Counted from the first letter of the stretch, positions 26,866 through 38,759 are shown. The stretch is 64,000 nt of DNA from Macrostomum hystrix (GCA_950097015.1 CATNEN010000001.1:18662001-18726000); one strand, 5' to 3'. Notes: generated from the sequence alone by a model not told the origin. A program made the numbers and translations.

Positions 26866-27340
26866 TCTATATATATATAAGTGAAAACTCTGTCTGTGTG
26901 TCTGTGTGTGTGTGTGCAACCTTTTGTCTTTATAGACGCCGAAACCGCTCAACCAAATCGCACCAAACTTTGCACATACCTGAAACGACCTACGCTGAGT
27001 TCAATAGGCTACTCAAATTCCCGAAAAATCATTTCCTTCCTGCTCAAAAGTGCAAAAACTGCTCAAAATCGTCAAAAAAGCACTCAATTCGACATATCGT
27101 CGCCCCACTTTGTCAGATTTTCTCCAAATTTGATCCACTTACACTTTACATGTTTTCCAACAATGCTGTCAATTTTGAACATCTCTACTCAATCCAGAAC
27201 AAAGCTGCATTATCTCAAAGTGAGTCACTTTTTGTTTTCCGAGGACAGCCACCCCAACTCCCCTCCGCCACTCTGCGGGCCAAATTTTATTACAGCCACC
27301 CCCTCCCTTCCCCGGGCGCCGAAGCCCCAGACTGTACATT
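26866..27340 (+). mobile_element. 5' part of a non-autonomous Helitron-like element (3' end not seen)
   Basis: A|TCTATATATATATAA start, (GT/GTCT)n microsatellite, then AAACCGCTCAACCAAATCGCACCAAACTTTGCAC, a layout typical of animal Helitron-N 5' ends. Confidence 0.6.
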
Positions 27341-27345
27341 GTATT

Positions 27346-28080
27346 TCAAGCCGTGAATCCCACTTGGACTTTCAGCGAGACGTCGGGCGGATAGATGCCT
27401 TCCCTGTGTAGTGTGAACACGTCTTGGCTGGAGGTGTCTCCAGGAGCTGTACTGTATGCGTTGGCGTGAATCTGCTGTTGGACTCTGTTGCTGCTTAACC
27501 GCGGCTGGCGGCAGGCCTTTGCTAGGTGGTTTGGCTTGCCACAGTTGTGGCAGATTTTGTCCTTGGCTGCGTCACAGGAAGCGTGGCCGCGCTCGCCGCA
27601 GCGGTAGCAGGTCTGTGACTGGCTCTGCCTGGCCTCGCTGTGTGGTCTGCGTTTGTCTGACGCTGTTTGGCTTTTATTGGCCACGCTGGCCACCTGCGAC
27701 TCGGTGGTCTTCTCCATCTCAGCAGCCTGTTCTTCCGCAGCTTCGAATGCTCTGGCCTTCCGCAGCGCGTCTTCCAGTGAGATGTTTGCTTCCTGGAGCA
27801 GCCGTCTGCGCAGCTTGTCGGAGGTGCATGTAGCAACAAGTTGGTCTCGGATGAGGGAGTCGCGTAAGTCGCCGAATTCACATGGTTCAGCAGCCGTCCG
27901 CAGTCTGCTGTACCAAGCTTCGATTTTCTCACCAGATTGTTGAACACACAGACGGAACTAGTATCGAGCGTAAACGATGTTCTTTCTATCGTCGAAGTGT
28001 TGCTTCAGCCCCTTGAAGATTGTCTGCAGTGTGTGCTCCTGCTCCTGGCCGTCGGCGTCAGACCTGGGCTTTGGTAGTTC
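27346..28080 (-). pseudogene. Ty3/gypsy gag fragment
   Basis: One frame reads LKQHFDDRKNIVYARY*FRLCVQQSGEKIEAWYSRLRTAAEPCEFGDLRDSLIRDQLV...LRRRLLQE, then knuckles CYRCGERGHASC and CHNCGKPNHLAKAC; internal TAG at ~27958; no pol or LTR seen. Confidence 0.88.
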
Positions 28081-30260
28081 CCGAATGCTGAGGAGAACTT
28101 ACGCAGCATGTCGTGATTAAACTGGTTACGACGTGCGTCGAAGTTCATCATCTCGTTACACAGTGACTTAAGCAGCTGGCTTTGCCAAAGGGACTTCATG
28201 ATGTGAATATGCTTCTCTTCCGTTAGCATGCCTCCTGTCTGTCGCTGGGCACGCTGGTAATCCATCACGTCGTCCCTTGCTGCCCGATTCGTATTTTTGC
28301 GAGCAGTCAGCAATTTGTTTGCGATCTGCAGCAGACTTGCAGGGCTTACTGGGAGCTGGTACTTAAGGTAATCATACTCGTCAGATTCGGCAGCGGCGTT
28401 GAACTCAGTGGCAAGCCAGTGAATTGATAATATTAAATTCGCCACCCGCTTGCCACCGACGCGCCAAAAAATGCAGACATTAAGCGTCTTAAATTCAAAA
28501 AACTCGTCCATTGTTGGCGGTCTTCCGAAAACTGCTGTAACGCGTTGCCAGCAATGATTGATGTTGGCGAGTTGTTCATTCAGCACCCTGTGGCGCTGAA
28601 AGAATCTGCCAGCGTCAGGTTCGTCGGGCTGCGCCGGGTCGACGGTTGGGTCACGGGCACCACCAAACTTAGAGGTAAACCGACCTCTTTGAGCTCTGTC
28701 CTCGACCACTTGCAAAACCCGGTCCAGTTCACCAGCGCTGTTTACACTAACGCGTCGGCGAGGATGTATATGCTTATCCGGACGAGTCCAGTACGGATGG
28801 TGCAAGTCGGATTGCCACGGCAGAGAAAAACTGGGCCCGAATTTTTTACGCAAAGCGTGTAGCATCGCGTAGGAGATTTCCGCAGTCATCTTGCGGCCCT
28901 TCTCTCCGAAAGGAAAGCTTTCCTCAACGGAAGCGAGTTCCTCGCGGCTAATTTGCTCAGGGTCGGGCCATAATTCAAACTGTGGCTGATTCCTGCCAGC
29001 AGCTGGTGCTGCTGCTGCCGCTGCCGGAGGTGGCGCTGGCGGATTCGGCACATTGGCTGATGCTGCTGCAGCCGTAGCAGGTGGCGGGGGCGGCTGAGGT
29101 ACATCCGAAAATTGGACGTCGTCTAATACTTCCACAACGTCAAACTGTATGTTGTCAGGGTCAACATCACAATCGAGGTAGGGCACAAGGCTAGGCATAG
29201 AGGATGACCTTCGACTCTGCACGGGCCTTGCCTTTACGGCCAGCAGGGTCGTTTGGGGCTGCTGAGGCATCGCTAGCCCGCGCCCAAAGCAAGGTCTTGC
29301 TCGGACAGCCGGCTGGGGCGTTTGGGGCTGCTGAGGCATCGCTAGCCCGCGCCCAAAGCAAGGTCTTGCTCGGACAGCCGGCTGGGGCGTTTGGGGCTGC
29401 TGAGGCATCGCTAGCCCGCGCCCAAAGCAAGGTCTTGTTTGGAAAGCCGGCTGGGGCGTTTGGGGCTGCTGAGGCATCGCTAGCCCGCGCCCAAAGCAAG
29501 GTCTTGCTCGGACAGCCGGCTGGCCGCGATCTCGGCCAACTGCAGACCCAAGTCCAGAAGGAGTCGTTGCTACAGCACCACGACCACGGCCAAGTCCAGC
29601 AGCAGGTAAAGGCTGGCTGGAGGACTCAGCGGGTCGGTAGGTCGGTAAGGACCGGCTCTGGGTAAAAGACAGGCTCTGATTAAACTGAACGTCGAGCTGC
29701 GTCACCTGATTGAGGCCGCTGCCACCCGCACGTCGAACAGGGGCTGCACGTGCCTCAAGCCTCACAGTAGAATACTGGGGCCACTCAGATGGATGCTTCA
29801 CCTGATTCGTATCGCCATTTTGGACGTATGTACTCAGGTATTGGACATAATCATCCAGCATTTTTCGGCAGCGCTGCACATTTTCCCGCCCTCTGATGAG
29901 ACTCGCATCTTCACCTGGATGTGTCTCCACAAAGTGCTGGCGCAGTCTTTGCCCGATGCGGCTACATTTTGGACAAAGCAACAGAGGAGGTTTCCTACCT
30001 GCTCGATTCTCGTCGATCCTCGCCTCGTAGTTCGCCAGGGCGCTGATCACAGCTAGACGAGTCGAGTTTGTCTCATTGTGCATGGATTTGACGTGATCCA
30101 TCAGTTTGTCGCCTCGCTTCGTTGCTGCGCAGAAGGGGCACTTCACTGGAGCACCATGGGTTCGGCCGCGCCTCGGATTGTCGTCGTCGGATGACTCTTG
30201 GGCAGCCCCTTCAGGAGGCTCGTTATCGGACAGTGTGTCGTTATCGTCCAAAGTAAACAT
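28005..30260 (-). pseudogene. Double-C2H2-module protein with a tyrosine-recombinase-like C-terminal region (paralog 1), truncated by the gypsy fragment
   Basis: 751-aa ORF: CPFC..RGDKLMDH..H / CPKC..LRQH..H, 69-bp repeat linker, then a domain alignable with the 38760 gene (WP.PE..S.E, FS.PW..D..HPYW, GRF.S..GGARDP, FWRVG.KRVAN). Homology stops at LRKFSS (~28090); the last ~25 aa are out-of-frame gag. Confidence 0.7.
29250..29525. repeat. 69-bp (23-aa) coding tandem repeat x4
   Basis: GTTTGGGGCTGCTGAGGCATC at 29251, 29320, 29389, 29458. Confidence 0.95.
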
Positions 30261-30544
30261 AATTTTAGTGAGTAATAGGCAATAAATAATAACAAGAGTC
30301 CAAATAAAACGAATCAGAGGATTTGTCTGAAAGAAGTTTGATGTCTGAAAGAGGAATGAATTTTGAATAAGAGACTCTTAAATTCTCCCAAATCTGTCTG
30401 TCTCCCAATCCCCTAGGCTCCCAAACCCATTTTGGAATTCGCGGGTCTCCCAAACCCATTATGCTGTTTTAATATATATGAGGCAAATGCCCTGCTGTCG
30501 GGCATTTCAATTCTTCAATCTTTTCTAATCTTTTCAATTCAATC
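30261..30544. promoter_or_regulatory. Putative bidirectional promoter between divergent double-finger genes
   Basis: 284 bp between ATG 30260 (-) and ATG 30545 (+); symmetric TA run TAATATATAT at ~30470; inverted repeat AAATGCCC-N7-GGGCATTT at 30485-30507. Confidence 0.45.
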
Positions 30545-31565
30545 ATGGCTAAAAATTTAACTACAAATTTTTTTAATTGCCCCTATTGTGATGCAAGCAT
30601 GAGGAGTAACCATCTGCGCGATCACATAGGCCGCATGCATGGACGCGATCCCGACGTGGTGCTGCAATTTCTTCGAGCAAGCTCTCGAGGATCCATTGCT
30701 TTGTAAGTTGTGCTTGCATATTTGCCAACCTGCTTCGATGCGCAAGCACCTTCAGGCCCTCCACCCGGACAATTTGACCAAACATTGAAACATTCTGTCA
30801 GGGCACAAAGCTGCCGAAGAGTGCAGGGCGCTGGCTAGAGCCTACATGGCTTCACTTGCGGAATACGTCAATGTTCCCATCGGTCAACGCCCTAAGGCGA
30901 TACCGACGCATCCGAAGCCAAATTTCTTGGTGCCCGAATGCGAGGCGCCCAAAGCAGTGGTGCCCGAATGCGAGGCGCCCGAAACTGATCTGACTGCTGC
31001 AGTAGCATCAGGCCATTCACAGTCAGCTGCTTTTTTTAGCCCGCCACTTCTTCGAAGCTGTGTGGTTCAACGACCCCGCGCCAACTTTAATGAAGTTCAG
31101 AGACTGCTGAGTAGTCTCGACGACAGCGCAGTTCATGTTGTTCAAACCGGCACAAAGGGCAAAGGCGCAATTGCAGCATGTCCTCTGGCAAAGGGAGCCT
31201 TTGTGGCAGAATATCAAAGGATCCTCCTGAGTCAGGAGGAAGGTGAAGCCAGAGAGATGCTGATGCAAGCATCCGGCGAAGATCCGTGGCTGCTATTTAA
31301 TTTCAAGTCAAGTGGCAGAAAATATGTGATTGATGCCTCTGGAAGCGAGCGTGCAGGGCGCTATCTAAATCATTCTAGAAGGAACCCGAACTGCAAGGCA
31401 TCGACTTTCGTGGTTAGCCATGGCGATCGTGGCAAGATCCCAACAGTCTACTTCAGCACCACCCGAGATGTCAATGAAGGTGAAGAGCTGTTGTTTGACT
31501 ACCTCGGAGGCGAACCGGAGCTCTCCTTGGAAGTACTCCAAAATTGTCCATGGTTGCTTGAGTGA
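30545..31565 (+). pseudogene. Double-C2H2-module + PR-Set7/KMT5A-like SET lysine methyltransferase; frameshift ~30685 and in-frame TGA ~30786, SET domain itself open (30846-31565)
   Basis: SET motifs KGKGA, FVAEY, IDAS, GRYLNHS, GEELLFDY and terminal PWL as in SET8. Upstream reads MAKN..CPYC..RSNHLRDH..H /fs/ LLCKLC..MRKH..H..KH*NILSG..ARAY, in frame into MASLAEY. No introns. Confidence 0.85.
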
Positions 31566-31974
31566 GCAAATTACCGGAGTCAGAACTGCGCTGCCCGCGG
31601 ACGCAAGTCCGCCGAGGCGTCCAGCTTCAGGCTCAAAAATACTGTTATGCCCGCGGAAGATAATCAGCCGAGGCGTCCAGCTTCAGGCTCAAAAATACTA
31701 TGATGCCCGCGGAAGATAGTCCGCCGAGGCGTCCAGCTTCACGCTGAAAAGCAATGTGATGCCCGCAGACGTAGGTCCGCAAAGGCTCCCAACCTCAGGG
31801 TTGAACTCCGCCATAGCCGGTCCCAAGCCCGGTTGCGAAAGGAGGAGGGTTAGAATGGGGCTGTCAAACCCATCCAGTAAAATCCTGTCACGTTTTCCGT
31901 TAAAAAATTGAGTAGAAATCATAAATAGTATGGGCGTTGTAGCTACAATTCAGCGAGGTACTCAAATGTTTTTC

Positions 31975-32400
31975 GTATGTTTCGTCAGCTTTTCTAGGTA
32001 ACTTTCCAGGTTAATAAAGTCGAGTAGAATTCATTTGAAATCATGAAACCAACTGAAGCACGTAGGAAATTTTTTGTAGATTGATTTCCTATCGCATTCG
32101 ACTCGGGTAAACTGCGCTCAAATCCATTGGGCCACCCGTATGCTACTGACAGTAGTCAGAGACGAAAAATGATTAAAAAGTAAGAAAATAGTCATAACTT
32201 TTTTTCACAAAAGACATCGAGCTCGGACCGCCTCGAATGAATTTCGCTTCGAAAAATAGTTTAGAAACATACTACCTGAGATTATGGAAGCAGTAGCTAT
32301 CAATCAGCTAGGTACTTGATATATTTTCGCATTTATTTCGTCAATTTTTCTAGGTAACTTTCCAGGTTAATAAAATCGAGTGGAAATCGTTTGAATCACC
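31975..32400 (+). repeat. Dispersed non-coding module B (direct copy ~34770-35210, partial ~34035-34140, inverted ~51641-51774)
   Basis: TTTTCTAGGTAACTTTCC.GGTTAATAAA.TCGAGTAGAATTCATTTGAAATCATG...CTCAAATCCATTGGGCCAC shared between copies. Confidence 0.88.
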
Positions 32401-32618
32401 TATTGGTGATTAAAAAAACTACTGTAATATTTTTTTCTCACGTTGTAGCTACAATGTACTTTCTTTAAATAGCGTCATAAACAGTCAAATAGTTCCCAGC
32501 TCCTAAAAGCTCCCAAAACTAGCTCCCAAGCTCCTAACATTAATGTAATGTTCCTACAAATATTCATCATTCGATTTTTTGCAGATTATACAGACTGCGA
32601 AAACCGTGAACTAATACC

Positions 32619-33537
32619 ATGGCCGACGAAAAGAAGGAAGTAAGCAAAAGCGACGAGGAGTATGAACATTTAACAATCATCGCGGACGTCTCATATAAAT
32701 ACGAAGATCTAAGCCTTTCGTCAGCCTCTGCCCATGGTGTGCAGACGATGTGTATCGAGGCACACGATGTCACAGGCTCTAATTCACGTGGAGCGTGCGC
32801 TGCCTCGAAGTCAGTTGGTGATTGCCCTGCCTCTAAATCTGCTGAATCCGCGGTACTGCCTACAAGAGCGAAAAAAGAGTGGCCTTCTCTTCTCGTGACT
32901 CTTCTAAGCCTAATTTTAGGACTTTCGTAAAAGAAAAAGTGAATCTGTTTTTAGACAGCATGACGAACTATGACACCGAGGTTTCATACGATCCTTTTTC
33001 GCCAGGTGGCGCTTCGAAGCACACGTCGATAGATTATCTGGACTCGTCCGCAGCCGGTCGTATTTCGTCATCATCAGCTGCTAGAAATCTAGAAGAAAAC
33101 AATTCCTCTGATGATCCCTCTCAAGAATCCGACGACTCGTTCCAGTTGCAATCTAGCGGTTCTGAGTATCAGCCGCCTGAAGGGCTCGACGAAAAGCTCT
33201 CATTTCAAATCGCGACGCGCTCCAAACTTACGGCTGCTGCTGCTACAGCAAGTATTATAAAAGAAGCTAATCAAGCCAGAGAAATCTCAAAAGATGGAAA
33301 AGAAGAAAGCTTCTTTCCAGATGCTGGAATGCGAGCTCGGTCATCGTTTACGAGATCTTGTAGATCGTCTAGCCAAAGACTATGGACTTCGAAGCCGAAA
33401 TCCAGAAGCCTTCAAAAAAGAGGCTGTTGGAATTCATAAAACGCGAAGGATGCTTTCCACACGAGAATGACCCGCTCCTGCAGAAGTTCATTGGTCCGAT
33501 CCTCAATCGGTGGAAGTGCCAGTTTAGAAAATATTGA
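32619..33537 (+). pseudogene. Hypothetical Ser/acidic-rich protein gene broken across frames
   Basis: Good-context ATG (ACCATGG) after a tttgcAG acceptor; overlapping ORFs 32619-32930 and 32879-33439, plus a further frame ending ...ILNRWKCQFRKY*; no family recognised. Confidence 0.4.
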
Positions 33538-33539
33538 CC

Positions 33540-33945
33540 AGATAAGCCAGTGATTTACTATTTTGACGTATAAAACTTCATTCTTTGTTGCTTTTTTAGC
33601 AGCGTGTTTGATAATATAGATTAGGCATTATTACTCTACAGATGTTTGTTTGATCGAAAAAAAACCAGATACTAAGCCAGTGATTTACTATTTTGACGCA
33701 TAAAACTTCATTCCTTGTTTCTTTTTAACAGCGTGTTTGATAATATAGTTTAGGCATTATTACTCTAGTGATGTTTGTTTGATCGAAAAAAACAGATAAT
33801 AAGCCAGTGATTTACTATTTTGACGCATGAAACTTCATTCTTTGTTTCTTTATAGCAGCGTGTTTGATAATATACCTTAGGCATTATTACTCTTAAGACG
33901 CTTGTTTGTTAACAAAAAAAAACAGATAAACAGCCAGTGATATAA
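33540..33945. repeat. ~130-bp AT-rich tandem repeat x3
   Basis: TAAGCCAGTGATTTACTATTTTGACG at ~33543, ~33673, ~33800. Confidence 0.9.
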
Positions 33946-36254
33946 TATTACTGACCTAAAACTGACTTTTTCTTGCTTTTATCGACTGGAATGAATAGGT
34001 GTCTTCCGATGCTAAAGTCTATCGGGCGACACCTGCACTACTGACAGTAGTCAGAGTAAAGAGACAGCTAAAATATAAAAAACAGTCATAAAATTTTTCT
34101 TCAAAAGACATCGACCTCGCACCGCCTGGAATGAATTTAGGTGTACTTGATTTTTTTCCAAGTATCTGGCCAAACTCGGTTGTTGGAGGTCTACGAGTTT
34201 GACTAGCCATTTTCGCAAAGTCACTAGGCTCCAACTAAGGATGTCAACCGCATGTGACATCGATTTCGGACAAACGCACATCGATAGTGCATGTCTACAG
34301 CTTTCCGACGACACCAAGAACGTTGAGAAATAGCCACCAGAAGGCTGTCAAATGATCTCTAGAGTGTCAGAGGCCCCATTAATTGGAGGTCGCAATCTGT
34401 AGACTATGACGCTTTACTACACCGACTGCCAGCCGACTACGGCAGTAGATCTATCGACGGGATGAACGACATCCGACGCAGCATCTATCGACCTACCAGA
34501 CAACGTCAGTCTCATCTCGCTAGATGAAGCGGTTTTCAAATGGGGTCCGCTCAAAGTCGATACCCCCCTGCCTATCGAGGCTTGTCATTTTGACGGGGGT
34601 ACCACTGACAAAAGTGATTTCGGGATGCCACTTAATTTTGATGGATCTCGATGGGATTTGATTCCTCATACTCTGGGATAGACGTAGAGGCGATCCCTGT
34701 CAAAATCTGGGGTCAATAAGTAAGGCTGCGGCGTTTAGAATGTTGCCGCAGTTGTAGTCCATCTTCCCTATGTATTTCGTCAATTTTTCTAGGTAACTTT
34801 CCCGGTTAATAAAATCGAGTAGAATTCATTTGAAATCATGTAACCAACTCAGTCGCGTAGGAAATTATTTGTAGATTGATTTCCAATCGAATTCGACTCG
34901 GGTAAACTGTGCTCAAATCCATTGGGCCACGCGTACACTGCTGACAGTAGTCAGAGTCGAAAAAATGACTAACAAGTAAGAAAATGGTCATAACTTTTTT
35001 TTCACAAAAGACATCGAGCTCGGACCGCCTGGAATGAATTTCCCGTCCAAAAATAGGTTAGAAAACACACTACCTAAGAGTATGAATGCAGCCGATATCA
35101 ATCAGCTAGGTATATAAAAATATATACTTGATATATTTTCGCATGTATTTCGTCAACTTTTCTAGGTAACTTTCCTGGTTAGAAAAATCGAGTAGAAATC
35201 ATTTAAATCACAAAAGTATCACTAAAGAATCTTCAAACCTACTGGTGATTTGAAAACTGATCGAATCCTATCCAATCGAATCAGTCTTGATAGTACGAGA
35301 GTCTAATTGGCCACCTACTCAAGATTAATTAAAACTTGAGTGGCACAGCAAGATATTAATTTTCGTAAAAAACTTTTTTATATCAACTTTTGCAACAGCA
35401 CTATTTTCTTATCGTATTAATAAAAACATTTTCTGGCCTGCAAACATTTGACGGTATGTAGAGACAGTAAAAAACGTAAAATTAAAAAAAAAATTTAAAA
35501 AAATTTTAAATTAAAAAAACTTAAAAAAAATAAAAAAGCAGCAAACCCTCAAAGGGAGACTAATACATAAAAAAATAGACAAAGATACACTTTTGGGGAC
35601 AAAAATACACTTTTGGGGTCAAATATACACAAAAGTGTATTGGTCTCCCTAACCCTGTATTAGTCTTCCCAACCCGAAGTGTATAACCCTCCCCTTGTCC
35701 GGCCCCTAACCCAGTGCATTGAAAGTCTCAAGGTACCTACAGGCACTGTAACGGTGAGGGGGAAATTACACGGCTGCCAGTCGTAGACACATCTATTGAT
35801 GTCGGTAGCACATCTATTGATGAGACAAACGGCAACCGACGCATCGATAGATGCTCTATCACTTTCTAAAGACTCACCTGCCCAGACTGAACCGGTCTCG
35901 AATGGCATCCAGTCAAACTTGAGCTATACAGGCCTGTCTAGACTGGCATTTAGGCGCCCCACCGGTCACAAAAGTGCTTTCCGAGTGCCCCTTAATTTTG
36001 ATGGATCTCGGCCGGACTTGACCACCTGTACTCTGGGATAAATTTAGAAGCGATCCCCGCCGAAATCCGGGGTCAATAGGTCACTCTTTGGGGCCAGCTT
36101 GTTGCGCACTAGTTAGCCTAGGCAAACGCTATAAAACGACTGAGGGAATTATTACGCCTTACTTGGCGCGCTGCCAAAAAAGAACGGTGGCATCTAACTG
36201 CGCGCCGCGAGCGTCTATAGACACTTTAATAACTGCCCTATCGTCTGACGATAG

Positions 36255-36480
36255 TGGCGCCACTTTGGCGCCAATAGCGCCGGAGCTGGAGCCTTGGAAA
36301 CTTGCCCCTCTAACCCTGGAAAAATTGAGGGAATTATTACGCTTTGCGACAGCGGCTACCCGTCGACAATGGAAGCACATCTTGGGACGTGTGAGGCGTC
36401 GTTAGAACGAGGACGGCCTAGACTACATAGTGGGCTGGTCGGCCAGTCGGAGTCGAGCAGCTAAGAGAATTCTATACTAC
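36255..36480 (+). repeat. Dispersed non-coding module C (diverged direct copy ~56352-56580, partial ~56947-57010)
   Basis: GGC.CCACT.TGGCGCCAATAGCGCC..GCTGGAGCC...AATTATT.C.CTTTGC...GTCGGCCAGTCGGA...TTCTATACT collinear in both copies. Confidence 0.82.
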
Positions 36481-36486
36481 TTACAG

Positions 36487-36640
36487 TATAATGAAACGGG
36501 TTTTTTAGGCGTAAAATGGCGTTTAATTCCTCGGCTGCAACCAATGGCCCTCGGCTTGCTACGTTCGCCTCGAGACTATTAAACGCAGCCTCGGACATTT
36601 TAACCACAGAATGTGAATGAAACGGCGTTTATTATTTACG
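36487..36640. mobile_element. Crypton-like terminal structure (nested CCTCG motifs with inverted flanks)
   Basis: CCTCGGCTGC..AATGGCCCTCGGCTTGCTACGTTCGCCTCGAGACTATT..GCAGCCTCGG, bracketed by AATGAAACGG direct repeats; resembles from memory the subterminal motif of animal Cryptons. Confidence 0.35.
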
Positions 36641-36924
36641 TAAAATGCTTAATGGACCGTATTTTTGCTATATAAAGTGTTACAGTATCAATCATAAAGT
36701 GACATCATTATAACTTTTCAATTGTCATGCATTCTCTTGCACTTTAGTTCTTGTGCTTTTCCTCGCTGTGTAAACTGAGAAAGGGGTGCTTTATTGTTTT
36801 TGTAAATGAAAGAAACATTTTTTCAATACTTTTTTTTAGTTTTTTTTAAATACGATTCTAGGAAAGTGTCCTTAAATCGTGGAAACGCCCGTGTACGAGC
36901 GTATCAAGCTCAAGCTCGTAAAGC

Positions 36925-38228
36925 TCACTCAGAAAGTCTTTAGCCGGAACAAGAAAACAGCAACATATGAACTAAAAAACCATTACAACTGCTCAAAGTA
37001 CTCTCCCCCCGCATTGATACAGGCTTGCATCCTGTGGAACCAGCTGTCGAAGCACTGCCGCCAATCCTCATCCCGGAGCTCCCCGATGACGTCTTTGAAC
37101 TCATTCACAGCTTCTTCCGGCGAAGAAAAAATCTGGCCCTTTAATATCTTCTTGCACTTCAGGAATAAAAAAAAGTCGCACGGTGCCAGGTCTGGACTGT
37201 ACGCAGGGTGAGTCATCAGCTGGACACCACAGTCGGCCAGAAACTCGAGAGTTTGAGCTGCCGTGTGCGCACTGGCATTGTCGTGGTGCAGAAGCACCCC
37301 ACGCATTCCGCACCTTGGGCGCCTCTGGCTCACAGCAGAAAAAACTTTGGGCAGGCAAACCGTTGTGTACCAGTCAGCGGTGACTGTCCGGCGATCTTCC
37401 AGTGAAACGGAAGCCACATGTCCAGTGCGCATGAAGAAGCAGGCCACCATCTGCTTGCCGACACTCCGGTTGCGTCGAAACTTGGTTGGGCTGTCTTCGT
37501 CTCTGAAGGTTTACATGGATGACTGGCGCTTGTTTTCGGGGTCGTATTGATAAATCCAGGTCTCATCTCCCGTGAGGATGTCCCAGATACGCCGGCTGGT
37601 CCCAGATTCGAATTTCTGCAGCATAAATCGGCACCAAGCCACCCGGGTGTCCCTCTGCTCGTCCGACAGCTGATGGGGGATCCACCGGGAAGCCAGCTTC
37701 CGCACTCCGAGGTGTTCGTGCAGAATGGTGTGCACACTCCCCGATCCAATGCCCATCTCCTGCTGGATCTGCTGGTAGGTCACTCGCCGGTCAGCGTCAA
37801 TCATGCTGGACACAGCGCAGATATTTTCTGGGGTCACTGCGTCGCAGGGTCTCCCGGATCGATGCTCATCTTCGAGGCTTTCTTGACCTCGGCGAAACTC
37901 AGCGAACCAGTTTTTGACGGTTGCGTATGACGGACACAGATGAGCGAAAACGTCTTGTAAAGTTTGAAATGAATCGGCCGGCGACTTGCCTTGCTTGAAA
38001 TGCAAGTACATCATAGCTCTGAAGTCACGATTTTCCAGCTTCATTGTGCAATTGAACGGCGCAAGGGGTGAACTGACCTTGGCTCACTGCAGTGGACTCA
38101 AAAGTAACTGCTTCTGTTTGAAAATTTAGCTATAAGACTTTTAAAAGGTGGTCTTCACCATAGACAAATTTCATGCTTCTGCGTCTCGTGGATCATACTC
38201 AGGCTAAAGACTTTCTGAGTGACCCTCT
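36925..38228 (-). mobile_element. mariner (DD34D) element, ~1.3 kb
   Basis: 21-bp perfect inverted match TCACTCAGAAAGTCTTTAGCC (36925-36945) / GGCTAAAGACTTTCTGAGTGA (38202-38222); left outer TIR bases lost. Confidence 0.92.
36983..38044 (-). pseudogene. mariner transposase (353 codons) with one in-frame stop
   Basis: WIPHQLS, TGDETW, HHDNASAH, YSPDLAPCDF; the two ORFs share a frame and are separated only by TAA at 37511-37513, where a Trp is expected (QSSM*TF). Confidence 0.95.
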
Positions 38229-38229
38229 G

Positions 38230-38500
38230 AGTATCAAGCTCCTATAAAGTGCATTAAGCTCCTATAAAGATTTTCTACTAAGTGTACAAACCTCTTGAGG
38301 TGGTGTATACAGCTCCTAATAACCGTATACGGCTCCTATAGTGTACAAGGCTCCTATAAAGTGTACAAGGCTCCTATAAAATGTACAAGGCTCCTATAAA
38401 GTGTACAAGGCTCCGATAATGCGTATTAACCTCCTACAAAACCAGGATTAACCTCCTACAAAACCAGGATTAACCTCCTACAAAACCAGGATTAACCTCC
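38230..38500. repeat. ~20-21-bp tandem repeats (GTGTACAAGGCTCCTATAAA; ATTAACCTCCTACAAAACCAGG)
   Basis: Read directly; related GTATCAAGCTC also lies left of the mariner (36901), suggesting the mariner inserted into this array. Confidence 0.8.
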
Positions 38501-38759
38501 TGCAGCACTCAACCCCATCTGGCGTCTTCATGCCAATTTACTTTACTTTCACTAACATAAGAATGTCATCTTAGTTTAACTTTTTATACATTCGTTTGTA
38601 TACTTTTTTTATATACTTATATACTTTATATATGACCGTTATAAAGTAAAGGAGTCGAAAGCACTTTATATATTTATACTTTATACGTTTATATACTTAT
38701 ATATTTTTTATATTTTTATACTTCGTTTCAGCTGAATATTTTTTCTCCTCTGAACAACA

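Noticed and set aside
26808-27411. 182-aa and 176-aa ORFs
   Set aside because: They overlap a Helitron-like non-coding repeat with a microsatellite, use non-ATG starts and show no protein motif.
28005-28085. C-terminus YQSPGLTPTARSRSTHCRQSSRG as a real part of the 751-aa protein
   Set aside because: It is the gypsy gag fragment read out of frame, and homology with paralog 2 ends just before it.
16947-34734. Module A pair as proven terminal inverted repeats of the KDZ element
   Set aside because: No target-site duplication and a third internal copy; kept only as a candidate.
35552-35656. hAT-like MITE (AGGGAGACTAATACA ... TGTATTGGTCTCCCTAACCCTG)
   Set aside because: The left end is incomplete and no TSD is visible, so it is too weak to annotate.
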